This document shows, piece by piece, positions 18,901-28,100 of a stretch of DNA of 64,000 nt. Location: positions 17,374-81,373 of IMG/VR virus record IMGVR_UViG_3300021387_000272; one strand, given 5' to 3'. The notes beneath the pieces were generated by a model. It saw only the letters and a program-made list of their open reading frames with translations. It did no database searches and was not told where the DNA came from. How positions within the stretch are numbered: the first letter of the stretch is position 1; every line of letters begins with the position of its first letter. Origin of the DNA: a virus (Duplodnaviria; Caudoviricetes). The position numbers and the translations under genes are program-made.

Positions 18901-19129
18901 AAATAATTCTACCTTTGTATCGTTGTTTAAGGGCTCTGATGGTAGGTCTTTACTCAATAATTTGATATCAGCCATAAACAATGCGTTGGATAAGGCTGGT
19001 GAAGACAGTAAGCAGTTCAAAGGAACTAAATCTGTAGAGGAAGAACTTTTGGCAAGAGGCAAAAATATTCCGACTTCTATCTCAGAACTTCAGGCTCTTA
19101 TTGAGGAGCTGAACTCATGTGGATTTTAA
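12935..19129 (+). CDS. Large cargo/ejection protein with N-terminal membrane-like segments
   Basis: 2064 aa; hydrophobic Gly/Ala helices in the first 520 aa; Pro/Glu/Thr-rich linkers; KOW/SH3-like insert KVGDKVTLTDGFTGTIKSI. Confidence 0.65.
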   Translation: MAVEDYSRNGLKGLPGLNMRREPTNMDFLRMAGITPSGRELNAQNRPLMDEPVGIELGRLGVGESTYDQDIQTMSEAQNIGNFRGENQSGLVQVGNGLLKMTTTALTTLADGTIGTLWGLGQGIANLADDDEKTGFWQGMWNNDFNKAMSNIQENMEKIAPNYYTDEQLNSPWYSAANVLSANFLGDKLLKNAGFTIGALAALAVPGFDMAWLAKGVSAGAKALGMGSKAAGNTGAIANYLARTFMSANSEASIEAINAVKDNQKSMYEGIEQRAREDAAASEQIMAQEILNGVDEQTAQSNHMNRLRTIDQEVKNAKAYADDQLRDVGNSVWLMNVGLLSLTNSIEFGNILKGGYNLRKSLKDFGVKLTAEGKEVGIREFGQAMAKGLKTSITPAMSKVSAAGVAAGTAKRFAAEGFEEGAQRIISDSNEMQAQAKLQEWATDRYNKDSDKYSLWEKQINPSVTADLVDYTKALGNAWKEGFGSFSSSGWEEVFLGGLTGMFGTAGMRRKADGKMGIGWQGGFMESIRDQQAKYTEADRMIQQFNDQVSKDEFKNRMQWAAAKLAAAYDMEEALNNGDIMGYKNGEMLSVANDAIYFRDNGMLDFFKGYYEETAKNVSDETINNLRAQTKDVNTGKSFYDSKSDDEIRQMIQDKSKSTLEKIENTVSIYEDMERQYTDKFRGVDVTPYLEDVKDPVVRAMMLAMPSDYAQKGIQQLTYLSTLYDDLVRRRGELEQERDAAEGSIDGADKVKKINKDILEIDNTLSDIKDRFNKAKNHPEELIEEMIKAQVVSAKQAIGREAQATKQRYFQAKTLQDVADTFYYGNFNQSVLEEAIQEAADEDNKNLLNSFYPFSVEVNATQDAIEKVVAEHTKDEDNEVRNRTIATLGRYAQDAISETLADQRESGISTTVADTLREYGERIVEHASQEERAVQIMAENTAAFLDKIAEELDKARATAKVPEVKPVEEPKKKTEEKQEDAPEAGKKGEPQDAASQPETPIKPEVTSPKKTETPEAEIKPVEAPATPTTSAKKVGDKVTLTDGFTGTIKSIPKAGVYEITLENGKTGIYTDENIVDSPAASAQPEPNSSSSTENKILVDRDTTESEFGFANSSQGFIKNKHGIWVPVVAGMRSGYKFADGTMALGGKAVKAEAMLERGVVAIQDGAGGMLEVSVDNVIGLYKSIDGNRATGTPAKRIDITEEIQKYVENLQSSISTPTGGNKQNTQVTPNREEEQGAEQGTTTTPTETSQATPTEAQVETPTTNQNEAPINNPVEVPAQAQTEQNKEEQAGTSAQDTRVIQPETEEQEEKKEEIRSGKSFTGTAFLTYSQTILGRRNAKDKGVAIRRKGPSLEAFQALLTANNIDIDHVVNNYIYEFMEDGKLPVRYMVMKDSENKVTPKEGHEHIFLVTKITDKIQKFIDKDTKLRGNVKGMSNGEDMLIVGVLGYGTNDNDLIQGAERIREAYRNMDDASKAGTYTLIPSAENSIFAMNGGQMVLQFEGQEKGNTDLKTLLDSQDSLVNPRQLKIGDIRFATALGKEGSVKLRFFQKREGDDQYGFLDPLSLQSAPGNVWMFVRSADGRFIPTAIEPTTWNDANMNWDSTLGTKIKELVDNLATVTDKESIPALLKELNQRLIFSVNDRNRGNRIFYDEKTGELSFRRFNLDAASDNAKIIMDDKDSDFLVVDRSESLVINLHNPDRSMDESREILNKMIEALDPVINIQNSVMSSQGGIKMYLDAGLFKVAIKSLGMVNAKTYVYPINSRLEPINSFVVAPVAMNTTTGVNTFYYNGERFIISDNVVYDSSFKEVTDRDTIDDIRAAADIQSGKVRPVRTNNTKYWEINGKVYSQYRNGGYARLSPTEEVEYKQRKAAEAEKKAREKAAKEEADRLEKQKSTQAKYSVGQNLNGREITEVNIVDNEVIYTFNDAQNGIKNGTISQTELDSLLSEEAKRAAETPQQEAPQSETDSNKEVKKTEQDSETLAKKVRKSRNNSTFVSLFKGSDGRSLLNNLISAINNALDKAGEDSKQFKGTKSVEEELLARGKNIPTSISELQALIEELNSCGF

Positions 19130-19150
19130 ATAATATAAATAACAATTTCT

Positions 19151-22100
19151 ATGGCTGTATCATGCGTAGTAACAATTTCTCCAGGATTTAAGAAACTCCT
19201 GGAGAAAACTCATTTTTCTAGAGGAACCCTTAAATCAATTATTCATGAGTATCAAAACACTCCTAGTCTATGGGAACTAGGAAGTCAGGGAGAACCCTCA
19301 GAAAAGTATGTATTGAATTATTTTAATAGGAGAACTGTCGGTACCCCAGAGCAGATTGCTGTGTGGAAAGGCAGATATAGAGCTCCTCATGTGTATGAAA
19401 CCTATCAGGATGCTGTTGCTGCTCGCAATGTAGCTTCTCAGTGGTTTGAGGATGAGGATATCATGGTCTATGAAAATGACAAGCATAAGTGGGTATTAAT
19501 GATAGCAAGACCTTTAGATGTCTTTACTATCAGAAAGAACTCAGATGCTTGGCTTCAGGACCTTCAAAAAGATGTAGATACTACAGTTAATTCAGGAGCT
19601 GTTGGTAGGTATATTCCTGATAAGAGAAATAAAGGGAAGACTGCCGTAGCAATGGACTTCTTAGGTAAGAGATTAGACAATTTCTATAGGCAAAGAGGTC
19701 TTAAAGTAAGGTCTAAGTGGTCTGAACGTAATAAGAAATGGTTGGTAGAATATGCTCCAGAAGAGAGAGGCTATGTGGATGACCTTACTGGAGGTATCAC
19801 TGATTGGACTGAAGGGCAGAAGAATGCCATTGATACTCTAGTAAATTTTCTCCAAAATCCTGGAGGAGGTAGATATATGCTTCTTGAAGGAGCTGCTGGT
19901 ACTGGTAAAACCACATTGATTAATGAGGTATTACAACGCTTAGAAGTAACTGGCAAGCCATCAGTTCTTGTTGGAGCTTTGAGTCATAAGGCAAAGGGAG
20001 TATTAGGAAGTAAAATATCCAAAGCTAATAGGAAGAAGTACACAATAAATGCAAAGTCTCTTGCAGGTATGCTTGGCATGAAGATGACAATGAAGAATAT
20101 TAATGGGTCATGGCAAGAGGTCTTTGAGGTAGATAAACATGCTCGTAGAATGGGTATTCCAATACAAGCAGCTAGTATTGTGTTCATTGATGAGGCTTCC
20201 ATGGTGTCTGAGGAAGCTATGTCCTATATAGAAGATTTAGCTAGTGCAGGCACTAAGATTGTGTTCTTAGGAGACCAAAGACAGCTTCCTCCAATACGCA
20301 CAGGAGGTACAGAATTCTGGAATCAGCATCCAGAGTTTTTAGTCAATCCTGAAGCAGACTCTCCTGTATTCACACGCACAGATATACCAAGAGTCAGCTT
20401 AACTGAAAGAGTTAGGCAAGGAGAGGATAGTCCTATACATTTAGTTACCGACCAATTTGGCAATTATACTCTTCAGGGAGGAGAGTTCCCTAATCTTAGC
20501 AATGTAGAATCTAGCAAAGACCTAAGACTTGTTATAGAGAATCCTGCAACAAACCTTGCAGAGCAGATGCTTCCTCTGTTCCAAGAGGGTATGAAGATTC
20601 AAAATCCTAACTTTGCTAAAATAGTAGCTTTCACCAATGCAAAGGTAAATCAGTACAATAGGGAACTTCACTTTCTGCTACATCCAGAAATGGCAGCCAG
20701 CCAAGACATGAACTTTGCAGAAGGTGACTTAATTACTATGTATGACTCCTTTACTTATGGTAATGATACAGAGCCTACAGTCTACAATGCAGAAGAAGGA
20801 ATTGTAGTGTCCTCCTCAAATACTAGGCACATGTCCACCACAACAGGTGCAGATATTAGGTATAGAGACTATACCATCAAGATGCAAGATGATAGAACAG
20901 TCACTATTCCAGTACTTGAGCAAGATGCTACCAATATACAGAACTTTAATTCTGCCCTAGAGCAACTTAAGAAAGAAGCTATTAATGTTGGAGGCAGAGC
21001 TTGGATACCTTATTTTAACTTAAAAGGTTCCATGGCTAATATGAAGATGGGATATGCTTCCACTATTCATAAGTCTCAGGGAAGTACTTATCAAGTAGTA
21101 GGTGTTGATACTACTGATAATTTCGGTAGTGCAAGATTTAAGTCTCAAGGTATTTATACGGCTCTTACTAGAGCTGCAAATATTTCTATCCTTAAGGGAA
21201 TGGGAAGTACCAATGCAGCTCCCACAGCTGAAAGTATTTCCAAAGCTAATGCAAGAGAAATAGCTAGGAGACAAGGTATGCAAATTGCAGGAACTCCTTT
21301 GTCAGCTGAGCAGGTAGCTTTCATCAAGAGTGAAGTAGATGGAGTAGCTAAGATTATCAAGGATGCTTCTGTTACTATTACAGCAATGAATCTGTCAAAA
21401 GCTTCTCCTGTAACAGTAAAGGGAGTTAATGACTTTAAGGATGGAGATACTTCTACTGCTTCTGCAGTATGTAAGTCTATTATAAACAGCCCAAATGCCA
21501 CAGCACAGCAAAAGGCCTATGCTAAGGCACTGCTTCCTCTATTAGCTAAGATGGACTTTGACATCCTCTTTGCTACTGAAGAGAATCCTATAATCCAAGA
21601 GCGTCTTAGAAAAACTAGGATGGAGCATTGGAATGCTGCAGGTAGCACCTTCAATAGTAAGGAGGCTGGTCTTGGCTATGATATTCATATTAAGGTTGGT
21701 GTTAGGAAGAATCAGGTTATTCCTGAAAAGGTATTACTCCATGAAATTACCCACGCACTCACGTCTAATAGACTTAGGAATGATGCTGAGTTTAGAAGAG
21801 GTATAGACCAACTTTCCCAATATGTACAGGAGTGGGTAAGACAAAATAAGGACGAGTCTCAAATGGTTATGCAGAACTACGGAGGTGCTGATATACCATT
21901 TGATATTTATGGATTTAGGAATTACCAAGATAGTGGGTATGCAGACTTTGTTGCAGAGGCAATGAGCAATGCTTCTTTCCAGGAATTGCTTAAGCAAATC
22001 CCTGCTCCAAGAGAGTCTGAACTGAATACTTGGCAGAAGCTTTGTAAGTTAGTGTCAGATGCATTTAAGAAGCTGTTCAATATTTCTTATAAGCAGAATA

Positions 22101-25100
22101 CCACTGTTTATGATATGCTGATTCCTGTAATAGCAGACACAATGTCTCTGACTTCTGAACAGGAGCAGCGTGATAGTCCTTACACTGAGTGGAACATAGA
22201 GAGAACTACTCAGATGATGGCTAATGCTACAGAATTAGTGAAAGCTATGAATGTGGCAGTTGAAGACAAAGATGTTCATTGGACTACTGAACAGGTGATG
22301 CAACTATTTGGAGAGCCTTTACCTCAAGAGACACCCAGTATTGCCAATCTGAACTTCTATTCAGGAGGTGCTGAAGGTGCTGATACTGAATGGGGAAATG
22401 CTATACAAGCTATCGGAGGCACTGTTACTCACTATACCATTGACTTCTATGATGGACTATCCAAGGATGAAAAAGACAGACTTGAGAAGAGGTATCAAGA
22501 AGTAAGGCAAGCTTTAGGATATCATGAGGCTAATGACCCCAAAACAAAGAAGCTTCTTCGTAGGGACATGCTTCAGGCAGATAATGCTAAAGAAGTATTT
22601 GCTATAGGAACCATTAATCAGGAAACTCAGAGAGTTAATGGAGGCACTTTGTACGCAGTTACAAGAGCCCAGCTTTCTGGAAAGCCTATTCATGTGTTTA
22701 ACCAAGCTGATAATAAATGGTACTTCTATGATTATCAAGCAGGTGCTTGGTGGCAAGAAGATACTCCTACCATTACTCAGGATGCTGCTCTTATAGGAAC
22801 TAGGGGAATTAATGCTGCAGGAAAACAAGCCATTAAGGATGTCCTAGCAAAAAGCACAGGTCAGCAACCTACTACACAACAAGGCCCTATTCAATCTCCT
22901 TCTACTGGAGGTAACGAAGGACTGCCAAATCTGAGTAACCTAAAGGGGAAAACTGTGCAGTATGGTGTAGAGATTGACCCTAACCTTATTCAGAATTACA
23001 GGGAGTGGCTAAATACTCATCCAAATGGTATTGTAGCATATAGAGTAAATAAAGCCACTTTTAATACTCCCCAGGCTGTAGAGCAGGGAATTATTGGAAA
23101 TCCGTTTGACTGGCAGAAATATGGAGCTGGAAAAGCTGTAGAAATGTTCTATGATTGGCTTGTTAATAACAATAATTATGATGAGCCTCTAGCTACTGAT
23201 GAATTCAGAAGAGCTATTATAGAGCGTATACATAGTGCTCCTGAGGATACCCCTGTTCTTTATTATAAAGAATTAGGATATCCTTCTCATGCAACAGTTA
23301 TAGGTTGGGCTATTAGTGAGTTTAATAGAATAAAGAAGGAAAAGGCTGCTAGAGACCAAGCTAGAGGTTATACTGATGAACAGGCAAAAAGAGCTATAGA
23401 ATTGCTTAATAACAATATATCCCATACTGAGGGTGTTATTGCCTGGCTTAATAATAAAATTAAGTATAACCAAGCTACAAGTGAGACATACACAGAGCTT
23501 GAAGAGCGCAGGCGGCAGCTGTCTGCAGCTCAATCTCTGTTGGACGGTCTTAACACTGGTAAATCCCAGATTATCATTAATCAGTATGGAGTACCACAAG
23601 TTGTAGAAAGAGCACAAGCAGAGAAGCCTGCTGAGAAAAATATTGTAATTAATGACACCTACGAGTTATCTCCAGTAGAGACAGAGAAAGAAGGATACAG
23701 TCAGGGTTATATCATAAAAAAGAAGAATGCCGAGGGCACTCCTAAACAAGGTGCTGCCCAGATTCAAAGAATGATTGACCATGATGAGTTACCTTTAGGA
23801 GCTCATATTATGTGGCAAGGACTTACTGCTGAAGAGCTGTCTGAGCTTAATAAGGTTAAAGGCCTTAATAAGAATACAGATGGTTCTTGGACTGTGGGAT
23901 ACACAGAAAGAGAAGTGATACTCAGAAAGCAAAATGACACACTTTTGAATAGTCCCTTGTTTGGTAGTCATGAGCTTCATAAGTTGGCAGCTCTTACCAT
24001 GTTTAAGTTGAGTGAGGTTATTACTCAGCTTCAGGAAGGCACTGTCAACATTGAAGATATTTTGATGGAAGAGTCTCTTGACGATGACCTTAGGAATACA
24101 GAGTTCAAGGGCATGGATAGAATTGATATTATTAATGCCATTGGACTTGATAAGCTCTTTAAGGATGTAATAAGAGAAGAGGTATTTAATGCAGATATTA
24201 ATGAGAGGCTCCAAGAAGACTTTGACTTAGCAGAAAAAGCTCAGGTAATATATGATAATTTTGACGCCTTTATAAGGTTAGGTTATCAAGCACTGATTGA
24301 CTTAGAGAATATTTCTATAGATACTGAGAAGGCAGTAGATACAGGCACTGACCAAAAGAAAGGTGAGAATGGCGAAGACCTTACTGATGAGGAAGTAGTA
24401 GCACTCTTTGGTAGCACTGTTGAGCACTGGCAAGTAGGCTTTAGACAAGTAAGTACTTTTGCTTCTCTGAGTAACCTTATAAGAAAGCATCTGAATAGGC
24501 TTTATGTGCTTGATAAGAATGGTGAAAAAGTCTTAGATGAGTATGGTATTGAGAGAAACATAGATTCTCATGAGGCCGTTAGTAAGATTCTGAAGTGGAC
24601 CCAGGGAGCTAGGAACCTTGAGGATATGATAATTAAGCTTGAGGGAAAGATTGCCCAAGAGCCTTGGGTTAAACAGCTTACAGATGTTCTTAGAGGAGAT
24701 GGCAATGAGCAATTCAAGAGCCAGTTCTACAGTAACTTCAAAAAGTATTTCCAAAAGTATAATATTATATATAAGGAAAAACAAAAGGATGGTTCTACTG
24801 TAACCAAAGTGAAGACTATCAATAGAGACCCATTTGTGATTAACACAATGGATATGATAACTTCTCTGGACAACAGTAAGCATATTGGAAGCTTTAATCT
24901 GTGGAATCCTCGTACTAATAGTATTGATACCAATGCACTAGCTAATGTTAAGCAAGGTGCTGAGGCTCTCACTAAACTTATAGAAGTCAGAAAGAGCGGT
25001 AATCCAATAACTACTCAATCTAATGGTTCAGAGATAGCTGAGGTAGAGGCAGCATTGAATGCTCTCAACATTCCAATGCCTAGTAAGGAATTGCTTATAA

Positions 25101-28100
25101 AGACTTTGGACAGTGTAAATGTTCTGCAGACACTCCAAGGTGCTTTAAGCGGACTCTTTGAGACTTTCATGAGAGCTCCTTCAGGAAAGGCTGACTACAA
25201 GTTCATTAATAATAAAACACAGTCCAACTATAGGCGCATAGTAGAAGCCTTTGCTCCTGTAATGGGAGATGGTTTAGATAGTGTGAGTTACGAGGCAGGA
25301 AAACTGCATTACAGCTATGTTACTCCTTCTTACTTAAGTAAGTTTGTTGAGAACATGAAGGGTATGAGAGGTGATGTAAGGGCTTTCATAGAAAGTGAGT
25401 ATGGCAATATTGAAGGATGGTTCAGAAATAAAGCTAATAATGCTAACCAAGCAGGTGGAGAAGGCTGGCTGAATTACATCTTGGATAGAATGATGGACAC
25501 TACTGAGGAAGCTAGGAAGACTAGAGCTAAGTTTGACCATGTAGTTGTTCTTAGTGATGATAGTATTGCCTATGCTGAAAAGTCTCCTGTGCAGTATGCA
25601 GCAAGTATGCTGAGTATGTACTTCTATGATGACCACAGGCAAAGTGCTTACTTCCGTATTCCTATGATGTCTAATAAGCAGAGTGAGGAGTATATTAAAT
25701 TTGATAGAATAGCTGATAACTTCAAAGAGGTTATTACTGACTGGCTTCTTGATAAGACTTATGCCCAAGAGCTTAATAGAATACGTGCTGTCAACTTTAG
25801 GAATAATGCACCAGCAGAACTTGAAAGGCTGAGACAAAAAGACAATCTTACTGCAGAAGAGCAGCAGAGACTTAATATTCTTGAGGAATATCTCAAAGAC
25901 GGTAACCCTGCAAAGATTTCAAGCTTTGATGAAAATGGTGCTACCTTTATGTTCATGGAGTACCTCAATGACTATGTGAATGACAAGAATAGTGAGTTGG
26001 GTAAATTACTCCGTAAGCAGATTAATGGTGAGAAATTTGATGAAACTCAGAATGAGTCCACAAGATTCAGGGAGTTGCTCAGGGAAGCTATTGTAAGTAA
26101 CTTGGATGCTAGATTTGACGAGTTCCTCAGAAATCTTAGCAGAGAAGGTTTCCTGCAGCTCAGTCCTTCTATGGAGGTCATCAAGGTAAATGCTTTAAAA
26201 GATAAGTTACCACAAGGAAAAGCCAAAGGTCTCTTAGAGGAGTTCTTCTGGAATGATATGTTCATGAGCATTAATATGATGCAATTACTCTGTACTGATA
26301 TTGCTTACTACAAAAATACAGAGGACTTGCAGAAGCGTTTTGCTCAGTGGCATTCACCAGGTCTTAGGGGCAACACCGAGGCCACCATTAATGGAGAGAA
26401 AGTTACTGATGGCAATGCCCGTAGCATGATTATTGCAGATAAAATTGAAAAGAGTGATGTCGTAGAGACCTTAGGAAGAGTTAAGAAGAAAGTTCTTTCT
26501 CAAGCTAGGTTTGCTGATAATCCCGCTGCCAGAGACTTAATGGAAGCTCAGATTGATAAAATCATAGATGCCTTCAAGGAAGTTAATGTAACAGACGCTC
26601 AGGCATATACTTCTCCTACTGGATATAGGAAGAAGATGGCAATCTTTGGACAATGGAGTGAAAGAGATGAGGAGGTATACCAGAAAATATTAAATGGTAC
26701 ATTTACTGCTGAAGACTTAGACGTTTTATGGCAACCCCTCAAGCCTTTTGTATATAGTCAGATAACCAAGAACGGCTATAATCCATATATCCCTCTTCTT
26801 AAGATGGGCATACAGCAGAAGAACTCTGAATACTGTCTCATCTTGGCAGATGCTTTAATGAGGTCTGCAGGAGAAGAGAGTACTCTGACTGCCTTGTTTG
26901 ACTTTATGGAAGAGTCTCACGGACTTACAAGGAGTGGAAATCATTGGACTGGAACTCCACATGACCATGGTATTGATACTATAATGTTCAATTCAGCTGT
27001 TAAGACTGGTCTTATGGGAGTTTTGGATATCAACTCAATGTCCCATGATGATATAGTAAAAGGTCTTAAGAAGTTTGCTGGAGTAGGACAGAATGAATAT
27101 GATGACCGCTATGTGGATACTATTCCGTTTGAAGACTATAGTATACAGCAGTACAACCCTGCACACCTTGAAGGAGAACAGCAACTAGGTAGCCAGAATA
27201 GGGTACTAGTATTTGCTGATATGCCTAATGAGATTGATGGAGTGGAGCAATTCATAGAAATCAATGGAGAGAAGGTAAGTGTCAAGCAGGCTAAGATTAA
27301 TTACTTCAAAGCTATTGCTGAAAATATAGCTATTTCTGAGGCAGGTGTAAGAGAAAGATTTGCTCTGGATTCTCCCAGTAGAAAGATTAGGAATGTAGCT
27401 CTCATGCGTGTCCTCCAAGAGGAGATTGCTAAGGATGCCAGGTATGGTACTGACCTTCAATGGGCTTGCTTACTTGATGAGTCAGGTAACTTCAATGTTC
27501 CTTTGAGTGACGCTATTCAGTCAGACAGAATTCAGCAGCTGCTTAACTCTATTATTAAGAATAGAATTAATAAGCAAGAGATTTCTGGAGGTCCTGTAGT
27601 TCAGGTAAGTAACTATGGTACTTCAAAGAATCTGAGAATTGTCCGTAATGCAGATGGTACTATAAAGTATTATGAATGCTATATTACTGCCTATGACCAA
27701 CAGCTTTATGAAGACTTTGGTGATGGTAAAGGTGGTATAGACATGGAGAAAATTCAAAAGACTAATCCTAAGCTTCTTGAGATGATTGGCTATCGTATTC
27801 CCACTGAGGCTAAATACTCCATGGCTCCTCTTAAGATTGTAGGATTCCTGCCTAGGACAGCTGGTGAAGGTATTATGCTTCCTAAGGAAATTACTACTCT
27901 GTCAGGTTCTGACTTTGACGTAGATAAGATGTATATCATGCGTTATAGACTGAACAGGACAGACAACTCCGCAGAATTCATTAAGAAGGAAATGGAGGAC
28001 TACTACTTAGGAAACAAGATGAGCGGAGCTAGAGTAAGTAGAGAAGATAGTGCAGCCTATAGAGCAAGACTTACGGGACTTGTAAGGGGCACTATTAAAC

